Of a DNA stretch of 39,319 nt, positions 1 to 8,429 are shown in pieces. The notes under the pieces are model-generated. The model searched no databases. It saw only the letters and a program-made list of their open reading frames with translations, and was not told the DNA's origin. This DNA comes from an uncultured archaeon. GTDB taxonomy: Archaea > Aenigmatarchaeota > Aenigmatarchaeia > Aenigmatarchaeales > Aenigmatarchaeaceae. Numbering within the stretch: position 1 is the first letter of the stretch; each line of letters begins with the position of its first letter. Made by a program: the position numbers and the translations under genes. The stretch lies in the NCBI GenBank assembly GCA_964651405.1, contig CAZYZB010000001.1, positions 6,888 through 46,206 on the forward strand, read 5' to 3'.

Positions 1-3000
1 GGTCCTATTCCTCTTCCCGCTAGAGCTATGGCAGCATCTTTGTTATAGACTATTGCAAGGTCTGCAGACTTTTTGATGAATTCCAACTTTTCCTTTTCTT
101 CATCTGTCAGCTCTGCTCCTTTGAGCCACTTCTTAACAATATTCTGAGCTTCCTCCCTATGAGGCTTGAGAACAGCTATTAGCTTTGATTGGCATATCCT
201 GCATCTCAAGTCTTCGATGTCTTTTACAGTTTCTGTGATCGAGTACTTGCCACAGTTAATACAGAGCAGTCTTACTTTTGAATTCAAGAGTCTGTTCTTG
301 AATATCTTAAAAATCTCTTTTTCTGGTCTCTCAGGTCTTGCCACATCCTGCAGCTCATATCTGAATCCCATCTCAGCTAGTGGTGATAGACCTTCTAAGC
401 TTTGAATCTTAATTTCTTTGTCTTGTATCTTCTGTATAATTTCCTTTGCCTTTTCTATATCAAGCTTTTCTATGAATAACTCTTGCATAGTTTCCTTATG
501 TATCGGTGAGTTCCAATAAGCGTCTATCATCCTATCAATGTTTATCGATTCGAAGCTAGCTTTCTTGCTTATTGCCCCAAATCTTTTGGCTACATGAATA
601 AACCTAAGCTTAAACAAAGAAGATCGCGGCAAAGACTTTTCAAGAATAACTTCAATGTCTTCAGGCTTGTAATTAAGTAAAACCTTTTTGACGTCATCGA
701 CGCTACAGCCCTTAATTATTATTCTATAAGGGTCTGTCTTGCTAGTTATTATCTCGCCATAATCTGCAGAAAGTATGGCAGATATGAAACGGGACAATGT
801 TTCATTGACCAAGCTGCCGAACAAGGAATGCAAGACAACATACTCATTGAACTTTTCTATCAAAATGTTCTTTTCATCAGGTAAAGGATATTTCTTTATC
901 TGGTTTTTCAGAATTTGGACCATTTTTACTGCTGTTTGCGAAGAGATCGGATAAGAATTTTTAAGTCTTTCAATAATTTCATTGTTTTTCATATTTTCCA
1001 TAAGCATTTTTTTAATTTCTCTCCTAAGTGCTCCAACTTCTTGAGCAACGTCAAATGGAACAGGTATCAATTCTCCTTCCCAAGCAGGTATTGCAGACTC
1101 GATGTCATCTACTGATTCGACAAAGACTTTATCATTTTCTATTGATAGAATCTTCCAAGGTCTTCCTTTAACAATAAAACTGGATCCTACATCTCCATGA
1201 GAGGCTATGAATTCCTCGTCTAAGGTACCGACAAAGCTGTTCGATGTCGTATCCAATACTTTATAGCTTTTTTGATTAGGAATAACAGATAGATTTTCAA
1301 AATAATACTCAAATGCTCTTCTTCTCCTTTTAATTCCATTGTCTGAAAATATCAATCTTAGTTGATTAGTTAAAAAATTTACAAGAGAGTTAAAATCTTC
1401 TTCTCTTAAACTTTTGAATGGATAAGCCTTTCTTATCAAATCAAATGTTATTTTAGGGTCTATATTATAATCTTCTATTGTCAAGCCGATTAGTTGTTGT
1501 GTTAGAACATCCAAGGAATTTCTATGTATTTTTAACTGCTCTAGTTCTCCTTTCAGCGCCTTTCTAGCAATGACAACAGACTCGAATATATCATCTCCTT
1601 CACTTGAGATTATAAAACTTTTTGAAACCTTGCCTACACCATGACCAGAACGGCCAGACCTTTGCAAGAACTGTGTGACTGTTCTTGGTGATTGATACTG
1701 CAAGACTAGATCAATGCTACCGATATCTATGCCAAGTTGCAAAGATGAAGTGCAGTTATGTACAATAAATCCATTTGCTATAAAATTTGAATTTTTTGTG
1801 TTTAAAACATCATAAACTTTACAAATTTTGCCCTCTTCAATTTTTCCAACATTATCCCAAAAAATATCTGAATTAACAAGTAATTTTAATATTTTGTAGA
1901 TTTTTCCATACTCAACATAAACCTTTATCAAATTTAGAAGCTGTTTTCTGGAAATATTTCTTTCACCAATTTCATATCTATAAGGATTCAATTTGTTTTT
2001 AGTTTGCATAAAATATGTACTTACATTTACCTCATTTCGAAGGTTTTTTAATAAATTACCAATAGATGGTATTACATCTTCATTACAGTATCCTTTACCC
2101 AATACATTCATCTTTAATTTATTTTTCCATATTTTAGATTTTATAATAAAGTTTCTTAGATTTTCACCACCAAGTATAGCAACTGTATAATCATCTTTTT
2201 TATTAGTATGTCTTATTGATGAAATAATATCTAATGTTAACAATAGGAGTTGTATATCCTGAGCCATTTTCTTGCTATAAGTTGTAAATAGTATTGAATA
2301 AGTTCTATCATAAGAATTTTGAAAACAACCGTCACCATCAAAATATCCGTTTAAAAAATCAATTTGATGTTTTTTTGGGAGTTGAAAGATAATTTTTGGT
2401 ATCTCTACAATTCTAGCTTTTCTCCCAACCTTAACCCCTATATTTTTAAGAGTATTACATAACCATGTTGCATGAGTTTGTAAAACCAAACAATTCTGTC
2501 CTTTTAATATTGTGCTATTGATAGCAAATTCATCTTTTAAAATTTTCTTATATTTTATAAGAAGTTCTCTATTTTTATTAAAAAGCCTTAGCATATCTTT
2601 CCTTGTAACAGTTCCATCTGCAAGAAGAAATCCTATCAATCTGCAAAAAGCCGGTGAAATTTTTTTAGGTATTATATGTCTTGTATAATTTCTACTGCCT
2701 ATTAAAACAATTTCATTATAAAGTTCTTCCGAATCAATATTGAGTCTTTTTACAATTTTTTCTAGTCTTTCTATAGATTGATTTGTTTTTTTACCTGCCA
2801 GAAAATGCCTTAATTTATGTAAGCCTATTCCAGTTTCTACTGAAAAATCATCATATTTTTTATATTTTTCTTTTATAGCCCGTTTAATTTTATTAAAAAG
2901 TTTATCAGATATTTGTACATAAAGGTTGTCAGGAAGTATAAAATAGAAACTTTTCTCTTTTGATTCAAATGGATTTTGCCTAATTATTGCAACATTCTGT

Positions 3001-4211
3001 CCAATTTCAAGGTTCTCTGCTTTTATCCATTCTAAATTTCCATTATTAATTGTAAGAAATTGATGTTCCTTTGTGCATTCTAATTCAAATCCATGCTTTG
3101 TAATGATTTTTATAGTTCTTTCTATGCCAGTTTCGATAATTTTTGGTGTTTTATCTAGTTCTAACTTTAAATTGGTATTAAGAGAAGCTACTTTTAGATT
3201 ATCTTCATGAATATCATTAATAGTTTTCCATGAGCCGTCAGCAAGAAGAATATCAGTATCACCTGAAATGCAAATAATGCTTTTTAATTTCTCTTCTTTG
3301 AAATCCTTTTCAGCCTGTATCCTAACATCCTTGCTTAACGAAGAATGGTGAATCTCGTGTTGCAGATTCTTGTCAAACATCCTTAGTCTTGAAGATAGAA
3401 TCTCTGCAGCCTCTCTGGTGTTAGTAAAAACTAGAGTAGAGTGATGCTCTAAAATCAAATCTCGGATTCTTCTTAATCTTGCTACTACAGAGCTCCCGAT
3501 AAATATTTTTTCAGCTATTATTTTATCTTCCTTATTAGGATAAGGACTTTCAACTTTTACCTGAACATCTTTAGGAGAAATGGCATTAACTATCTCATAG
3601 CTCTTATCAGAGAAAATGAATCTTGCAGCAATCTCTGGAGAGCCTACAGTAGCAGATAGTGCTACTATCTGCGGCTCGCCGCAATATCTTTTTAATCTTT
3701 CTAGTGATACTGTTAGCTGGACTCCCCTTTTACTATTCACAATCTCATGGATCTCATCAATGACAATATATTTTATGTTTTTCAGATGCTCTTTAAATCT
3801 CTTTCCTACTAACATAGCACCGATTTGCTCTGGCGTAGAAATTAAAATTTGAGGTGGATGCTCTAATTGCATTTTCCTTTCATATTGAGTTGTGTCACCA
3901 TGTCTTATTGAAATTTCAACATCAAGTTTATTACACCACCAAATCAGTCTATCCATTAGATTTCTGTTCAATGCTTTCATTGGTGTAATATACAAAAGAG
4001 CAATTGGCTTGTGCTCTTTCTCAACTAATTTATTAAACAAACCAAGCATCACAGATTCTGTCTTTCCAGAACCTGTTTCAGCAATTACAAGAACATTCTT
4101 TCCATCAAGAACTTTTGGGATTGCTAATTCTTGGACATAAGTAGGTTTTTCAAATCGAGATACGGCTAGCTCTTTTATTCTATTATCTAATATGTTGAAT
4201 ACATTTGACAT
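1..4211 (-). CDS. lhr: Lhr-type DEAD/DEAH-box (DExH) ATP-dependent helicase, intein-interrupted; the 3' end runs off the window
   Basis: I translated by hand a continuous minus-strand frame from the ATG at 4211-4209 to position 1. It is absent from the ORF track because no stop lies in the window. The N-terminus reads MSNVFNILDNRIKELAVSRFEKPTYVQELAIPKVLDGKNVLVIAETGSGKTE, with motif I (AETGSGKT) at ~4059-4082 and DEIH motif II at ~3744-3758. After the intein come CTSSLQLGIDIG (motif V) and QRSGRSGH (motif VI). A long Lhr/DEAD-associated-like C-terminal region follows, with a CINCG...CRICQ zinc ribbon at ~190-270. Confidence 0.88.
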   Translation of the reverse strand, partial: MSNVFNILDNRIKELAVSRFEKPTYVQELAIPKVLDGKNVLVIAETGSGKTESVMLGLFNKLVEKEHKPIALLYITPMKALNRNLMDRLIWWCNKLDVEISIRHGDTTQYERKMQLEHPPQILISTPEQIGAMLVGKRFKEHLKNIKYIVIDEIHEIVNSKRGVQLTVSLERLKRYCGEPQIVALSATVGSPEIAARFIFSDKSYEIVNAISPKDVQVKVESPYPNKEDKIIAEKIFIGSSVVARLRRIRDLILEHHSTLVFTNTREAAEILSSRLRMFDKNLQHEIHHSSLSKDVRIQAEKDFKEEKLKSIICISGDTDILLADGSWKTINDIHEDNLKVASLNTNLKLELDKTPKIIETGIERTIKIITKHGFELECTKEHQFLTINNGNLEWIKAENLEIGQNVAIIRQNPFESKEKSFYFILPDNLYVQISDKLFNKIKRAIKEKYKKYDDFSVETGIGLHKLRHFLAGKKTNQSIERLEKIVKRLNIDSEELYNEIVLIGSRNYTRHIIPKKISPAFCRLIGFLLADGTVTRKDMLRLFNKNRELLIKYKKILKDEFAINSTILKGQNCLVLQTHATWLCNTLKNIGVKVGRKARIVEIPKIIFQLPKKHQIDFLNGYFDGDGCFQNSYDRTYSILFTTYSKKMAQDIQLLLLTLDIISSIRHTNKKDDYTVAILGGENLRNFIIKSKIWKNKLKMNVLGKGYCNEDVIPSIGNLLKNLRNEVNVSTYFMQTKNKLNPYRYEIGERNISRKQLLNLIKVYVEYGKIYKILKLLVNSDIFWDNVGKIEEGKICKVYDVLNTKNSNFIANGFIVHNCTSSLQLGIDIGSIDLVLQYQSPRTVTQFLQRSGRSGHGVGKVSKSFIISSEGDDIFESVVIARKALKGELEQLKIHRNSLDVLTQQLIGLTIEDYNIDPKITFDLIRKAYPFKSLREEDFNSLVNFLTNQLRLIFSDNGIKRRRRAFEYYFENLSVIPNQKSYKVLDTTSNSFVGTLDEEFIASHGDVGSSFIVKGRPWKILSIENDKVFVESVDDIESAIPAWEGELIPVPFDVAQEVGALRREIKKMLMENMKNNEIIERLKNSYPISSQTAVKMVQILKNQIKKYPLPDEKNILIEKFNEYVVLHSLFGSLVNETLSRFISAILSADYGEIITSKTDPYRIIIKGCSVDDVKKVLLNYKPEDIEVILEKSLPRSSLFKLRFIHVAKRFGAISKKASFESINIDRMIDAYWNSPIHKETMQELFIEKLDIEKAKEIIQKIQDKEIKIQSLEGLSPLAEMGFRYELQDVARPERPEKEIFKIFKNRLLNSKVRLLCINCGKYSITETVKDIEDLRCRICQSKLIAVLKPHREEAQNIVKKWLKGAELTDEEKEKLEFIKKSADLAIVYNKDAAIALAGRGIG
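1755..3272 (-). mobile_element. Full-length 506-aa class-1 intein with a LAGLIDADG homing-endonuclease domain, inserted just before helicase motif V
   Basis: It is in frame with no stops (1518 nt). Block A is CISGDTDILLADGSW, with Cys1 at 3272-3270. Block B TxxH is present (ECTKEHQF). The two LAGLIDADG motifs are LIGFLLADGTV and FLNGYFDGDGCF. The C-terminal blocks read VYDVLNTKNSNFIANGFIVHN, followed by the +1 Cys (1754-1752). Removing the intein joins ...KEEKLKSII to CTSSLQLGIDIG. Confidence 0.88.
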
Positions 4212-4336
4212 TTCTAGCCGCTAATAATAAGCTATTTTTCAAAGTTTTTAAATAAATACAGTGTAAATGAAGCATATATATTTCTGAATCCATTCTTAGA
4301 GTGTTGTTTAAATTTCTAATATTTTATAAATTATTT

Positions 4337-4666
4337 ATGGTTAAGATAAATCTTGGAAAATTAAAATTAGAAATCAGATGGAAAACAGACCAAGATAGAT
4401 TAAAATACGCATTAAAAAGATATGAAAATTCTGTTAAGGGCAAATCATTTAGTGATTATGAAAAGTTAAATTTTGCTAAAAAAGCTTTGGATTACGAAGG
4501 AGCATTTAAGCTTCCTGAAGCACATATGCAAGATTTTACTTCGGCTCTAATGCTCGGGGTTGTAAGAAGTAGATATTCACCTGAATATGAAGAATTATTA
4601 GCTGAAAAATTAGTTAATGGAAAGCTAACTTTAGATGATTTTTCTATACAACCTGTGAAATCATGA
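4337..4666 (+). CDS. Hypothetical small soluble protein (109 aa from the ATG; the track ORF starts at GTG 4301)
   Basis: The ORF is in the track. The first 12 track codons are a hydrophobic low-complexity stretch, and ATG 4337 (MVKINLGKLKL...) is the more plausible start. I recognise no motif. Confidence 0.45.
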   Translation: MVKINLGKLKLEIRWKTDQDRLKYALKRYENSVKGKSFSDYEKLNFAKKALDYEGAFKLPEAHMQDFTSALMLGVVRSRYSPEYEELLAEKLVNGKLTLDDFSIQPVKS

Positions 4667-4724
4667 TAATGATAATAATGGAAATATATATGCTGGTCGC
4701 TAACAACATTTTTTAAATAATTTA

Positions 4725-4982
4725 CTAAGTTGGATATCCTCTAACTATTATTTTGCTATGGTATAAAATCAAGAATATACCGACTATGATCATGTAAGAA
4801 TAAACAAAACTTACTCCAAACTGGAGAATATCATCGCCATACATTTCTGGATAAGTTATAACTAAAATTAAACCAGAAGCTCCAATGAACAAGGAAACTA
4901 TTCCAGACCATAAAAGAATTCTCTCTGCGATATCTTCGACAGTAGTAGATATTGTCTCTGTTTTATCTTTTGGTGAGTTCAT
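4725..4982 (-). CDS. Small membrane protein with two predicted TM helices
   Basis: The 85-aa ORF has two hydrophobic stretches (ILLWSGIVSLFIGASGLILVI and VSFVYSYMIIVGIFLILY). It is the last gene of the long minus-strand operon. Confidence 0.55.
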   Translation of the reverse strand: MNSPKDKTETISTTVEDIAERILLWSGIVSLFIGASGLILVITYPEMYGDDILQFGVSFVYSYMIIVGIFLILYHSKIIVRGYPT

Positions 4983-5018
4983 TTATTCCATATAGAAATT
5001 AGAGTTCTTAACTTAAAG

Positions 5019-5462
5019 CTATTCTAATAAAGAATAATCTTCCTTTTCCTCACTAGAACTCTCTATAGGACTTGAAAGATTTTGTCCAAAACTGCTTAGT
5101 TTTTCCTCTAAAGATAAGGTTTTTTCATTTATTTTTTCAATCATAGAATTTATGTCTTCCCTATGCTTGTTTATCTTTTCTTCTAAGGTTAATACAGAAG
5201 AAACAGATCCTATACCTTCTAATATTCTTGAACATGCTGTTTCTAAATTTTCAATTTTTATGATTACACTGCTATCTATTCCTGCTAAAGACTTTCTCTT
5301 TTCTAGATAAAGCCAAAGCGCTATAAAATCCATTACTATTAAAAATATCACAGTCTCTAAGATTTGATATCCGCTTATCTGAAGGTACAAGCTAATTATA
5401 GTCGCAATAATTAGAACCCAAAAAGCTGTTTTATACATGAGAATATTGTTTGCATAAAACAA
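5019..5462 (-). CDS. Membrane protein with two N-terminal TM helices and a cytoplasmic coiled-coil/acidic tail
   Basis: The 147-aa ORF has TM-like AFWVLIIATIISLYLQI and VIFLIVMDFIALWLYL, followed by a heptad-like E/K/S-rich tail. The track start is TTG 5462, and ATG 5438 (MYKTAFW...) is an alternative. Confidence 0.6.
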   Translation of the reverse strand: MFYANNILMYKTAFWVLIIATIISLYLQISGYQILETVIFLIVMDFIALWLYLEKRKSLAGIDSSVIIKIENLETACSRILEGIGSVSSVLTLEEKINKHREDINSMIEKINEKTLSLEEKLSSFGQNLSSPIESSSEEKEDYSLLE

Positions 5463-5469
5463 TTTATAC

Positions 5470-6228
5470 TTACTTTAGACTTCTTAGCAATCTAGATAAA
5501 AAGCTCTCTTGGATATATTTTTCTCCTGCTAGGAAAGATGCAAGCTTAAACATTTCTTTGCTTGCAGCTGTATTTGGCTTGTACAAAGCTATTGGCATTT
5601 TTAATGCAAGACTTTTATAAACATTAGTGTCAAATGGAATTGTAGATATTACTGGCAGTTTTGTTAATTCTTCTATTTCATGTTTTGTCATTTCATGTTT
5701 CTTTTTATGGACCATGTTAAGGACTATACCCAATTCTTTTACCCCAAACTCTTTTGCAGCTTCTTGGCATCTTATTACATCCATCACAAATGGAACATAT
5801 GGGTTTGTTATATAAAGAAGCTCGTCACTTGCTTTGATTGTTGCCATAGCTTCTCTGCCTAAGCCAGGACTGCCATCAAGAATTATAACGTCATTCTTAT
5901 TGAAAATATCCTTCAAGCTATTCCTTAACTCAGTTACGTCAATTCCTTCCAAGTCGCTTAGCGATAATGATGCAGGAATTATATTCATCCCGCTGAAGTG
6001 ATGGTGAATGGAATCTTCAATACAGTTTTCTCCTCTTAAAACCTTATTCAGAGTTACAGGGCAGTAGTACATGCCCAAATAAAGGCTTAGATGGGACGTT
6101 GTGACGTTACAGTCCACTAAAGTAACGTTCTTTTTATGGTGCTTTGCAAGAATCGCTCCTAAGTTAAGACTAACAGTAGTCTTACCTACTCCACCTTTGC
6201 CACTAACAACTCCTATTATTCTTACCAA
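5470..6228 (-). CDS. minD: MinD/ParA-family deviant-Walker-A ATPase (paralogue 1) with a C-terminal amphipathic tail
   Basis: The sequence VRIIGVVSGKGGVGKTT carries the KGGxGKT deviant Walker A with the signature Lys, and VIILDGSPG is the Walker B. The start is TTG, preceded by GGTG (plus-strand cacc at 6234-6237) at 5 nt spacing. The C-terminus is ESFLSRLLRSLK. The switch region reads VDCN instead of DxD. Confidence 0.85.
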   Translation of the reverse strand: MVRIIGVVSGKGGVGKTTVSLNLGAILAKHHKKNVTLVDCNVTTSHLSLYLGMYYCPVTLNKVLRGENCIEDSIHHHFSGMNIIPASLSLSDLEGIDVTELRNSLKDIFNKNDVIILDGSPGLGREAMATIKASDELLYITNPYVPFVMDVIRCQEAAKEFGVKELGIVLNMVHKKKHEMTKHEIEELTKLPVISTIPFDTNVYKSLALKMPIALYKPNTAASKEMFKLASFLAGEKYIQESFLSRLLRSLK

Positions 6229-6240
6229 AATAACACCATT

Positions 6241-6507
6241 TTATTTGATTTCTTGGTTGTTTTCCTTATTTTCATTAGGTTTCGACTTTTTAAAAATACT
6301 ACCAAAAAGTCCACTAGCTCCTTTCTTTAGCATAGGCAAATCCTTGCCTGGTGCTTTAACTACCTTATAGCCTCTCGGTATGTTGAAAATTGCTCCAACA
6401 GGATTTTTTGAAAAATAATATAAAGTCGTTTTTCCTCTCCTCTTCATATGAAGCCAAAATTTTTTTCCAGCTCTAGTTTTATAACAATAAGGACTAAGTA
6501 AACCCAT
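6241..6507 (-). CDS. Small basic cytoplasmic protein with a MinD-MTS-like amphipathic motif (GLFGSIFKKSK)
   Basis: The 88-aa ORF starts with ATG, is Lys/Arg-rich and has no hydrophobic segment. It sits directly upstream of, and is tightly spaced with, MinD paralogue 1. Confidence 0.6.
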   Translation of the reverse strand: MGLLSPYCYKTRAGKKFWLHMKRRGKTTLYYFSKNPVGAIFNIPRGYKVVKAPGKDLPMLKKGASGLFGSIFKKSKPNENKENNQEIK

Positions 6508-6530
6508 AATTATATCACTTTTATCTATAA

Positions 6531-6540
6531 GATATAAAAT
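6531..6540 (-). promoter_or_regulatory. Possible internal TATA-like box (ATTTTATATC on the minus strand) upstream of the 88-aa/MinD1 genes
   Basis: It lies ~28 nt upstream of ATG 6507 and overlaps the stop codon of the 420-aa gene. Confidence 0.2.
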
Positions 6541-7802
6541 TATGTTTCTTCACCAACCTCTCTTAAGAGTTTTGGTCTCTTCTCTCTTTTTCTTCTCCTC
6601 AAAACAAATAGGAAAAATACAGCCAAAAGAATTAATGCCACTACTATTATGAACGGAGAAAATGCTGGTGCAACTTGCAGTTTGAGTCTAGCATGTGCCA
6701 ATTGAAACACTACATCTTCAAAATATTTCTTTATTTCATCTAATTTTTCCTTAGCGCCTTCATAATCTTCTGAATCATAATATTCCTTTGCTCTGTTAAG
6801 ACCTTCCTTTGCCTTTTCAAAGCTCCTTTCAGCTATTGTTGTGTTTAAACCTTCTGACTTTGCTTCAGTAATCATCCTATCTAGCTCATTTATAAGATAA
6901 TCATAGTTTAAGATCTTCTGATAAACATCATCTTTAATTGATATCCCATACGATGTTATGTTCAAGTTTATAATTCCATATTCTGCTATCTTGTCGCTTA
7001 ATAATTCAAAATTCAAAGGATATGTGCCTGGAGAAATATCTTGAGGTATAGTTAATGATATCAAGAACACTGTGGAGGCATTAACTTTAAGGTCCGGCAA
7101 TAACTTTGGGTTTATCTCGGTCGATACTAGGTTTGTAGTTGATGTTGTAAGCCTTAGATTATAAAGTGCTATCTCTCCTGTATTTTTCACGTTAATGTTT
7201 ATGAGCAAACTTTGGCCAGGATATAAATTGTAATTTTTCTGATAATCTGTGGTTATTCGAGGTATTCCAGCCTCTACTACTACATATTTCCATTCTGGAG
7301 CTGGTCCTGTATAAGGAGTGACTATTATTATTGGAGGTGGAGGAGAGACTGTATAAGTAACTGAAAAAGCTCCCCAAATTTCAGCAACCTTCGTATCATA
7401 AGGTACTCTAGCTTTTATATAATAAGTTCCGTATAATGGCGGCATGAAAACAGTCTTAAAAAATCTCTTTGCTCCTGGTGCGAGGCTGACAGAAGAATCA
7501 TAGTAATAAGCAATAGGGTCTAGCTTGGTAACATTGTAAAAATATATAGTTTCTTCTATTTTCGCTGTAGTAATTGGAAGAGAACCTATGTTGGTGAACT
7601 CTGCTGTTATATTCTGTAGTTCTGATATGTTAAGATAAGACTTGTATGCAAGGGTCACTCTTCCTAGTAAACCTTCCTTCACGCTTACGTCAGCACCTAC
7701 AGCCAATCCAGTTATGTTTAGAGCAAACCTACTAAAAATAAATACAATCAACAATGAAATGACCAGTAAAAATGTTTTGTTCATATTAATACCTTTAAAC
7801 AT
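6540..7802 (-). CDS. Type-I anchored surface protein: signal peptide, beta-sandwich (CARDB-like) domains, helical juxtamembrane stalk, TM helix and basic tail
   Basis: The N-terminal h-region is MNKTFLLVISLLIVFIF. Beta-rich segments include ININVKNTGEIALYNL. The helical region is AERSFEKAKEGLNRAKEYYDSEDYEGAKEKLDEIKKYFEDV. The TM helix is FSPFIIVVALILLAVFFLFVL, followed by RRRKREKRPK. Confidence 0.75.
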   Translation of the reverse strand: MFKGINMNKTFLLVISLLIVFIFSRFALNITGLAVGADVSVKEGLLGRVTLAYKSYLNISELQNITAEFTNIGSLPITTAKIEETIYFYNVTKLDPIAYYYDSSVSLAPGAKRFFKTVFMPPLYGTYYIKARVPYDTKVAEIWGAFSVTYTVSPPPPIIIVTPYTGPAPEWKYVVVEAGIPRITTDYQKNYNLYPGQSLLININVKNTGEIALYNLRLTTSTTNLVSTEINPKLLPDLKVNASTVFLISLTIPQDISPGTYPLNFELLSDKIAEYGIINLNITSYGISIKDDVYQKILNYDYLINELDRMITEAKSEGLNTTIAERSFEKAKEGLNRAKEYYDSEDYEGAKEKLDEIKKYFEDVVFQLAHARLKLQVAPAFSPFIIVVALILLAVFFLFVLRRRKREKRPKLLREVGEET

Positions 7803-7805
7803 AAT

Positions 7806-8429
7806 TTAGGAATATTTGTAAATTAAAAACGATGCGAGTAAAATAATGATGATAATTATTAAATAAGGATAATTGGAGTCATAATTACTTATTTCAAATA
7901 TGGCTTTTGAAGTTGGTGCGTTTGCTTTCTCTTCTGTTTTTTTGTTATTTTGACTTTCAGTTTCCTTAAAAAATAATGGATTTTCAACTTCAACTGTGAA
8001 TTTAAACAACCTTTCTTGAGATAGGCTTATTCCATTGCTAGGTAAGACAGAATTAGCACTTACTGTTATTTCATACCTTCCTGGGCTTGTAGAATTAGGA
8101 GGCTTAACTATTATGTCAACAGGGGTAGCTTTAATGCTGTCAGCCCTGTATGGCAGTTTTATATATTCCTTACCTGAGTATGAGCTTAAAATAAAATTAT
8201 TAGGCTCTATTATGATTATCCAGTTTTCAGGCATTTCCTTCGCATTTAATTCTAGTCTATAATCATTTTCAGTGTTCCAAAATAACACTCTAAACTTTGC
8301 TGAATCACCAATGCTTACTTTAGCAAAGTCATTTTTAACAACAGCGCCCATGTTTATAGCATACGCCCCTGCTGAAAGCAGTCCTAAAAATATTATCATA
8401 AAAATAAAAAATTTAACCATTTTTAACAC
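7806..8429 (-). CDS. Small anchored surface protein (signal peptide, one beta-sandwich domain, C-terminal TM helix)
   Basis: The signal peptide is MVKFFIFMIIFLGLLSAGAYA and the C-terminal TM helix is YLIIIIIILLASFLIY. The likely true start is ATG 8420, which overlaps the upstream stop by 8 nt (ATGGTTAA). The track start is GTG 8429. Confidence 0.7.
   Translation of the reverse strand: MLKMVKFFIFMIIFLGLLSAGAYAINMGAVVKNDFAKVSIGDSAKFRVLFWNTENDYRLELNAKEMPENWIIIIEPNNFILSSYSGKEYIKLPYRADSIKATPVDIIVKPPNSTSPGRYEITVSANSVLPSNGISLSQERLFKFTVEVENPLFFKETESQNNKKTEEKANAPTSKAIFEISNYDSNYPYLIIIIIILLASFLIYKYS

Noticed and set aside
166-4140. Plus-strand track ORFs (166-405, 915-1115, 1993-2190, 3616-3852, 3892-4140) in the left 4.2 kb.
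   Set aside because: All lie antisense to the hand-translated, motif-rich helicase/intein frame on the minus strand. Their products are hydrophobic or low-complexity with no motifs.
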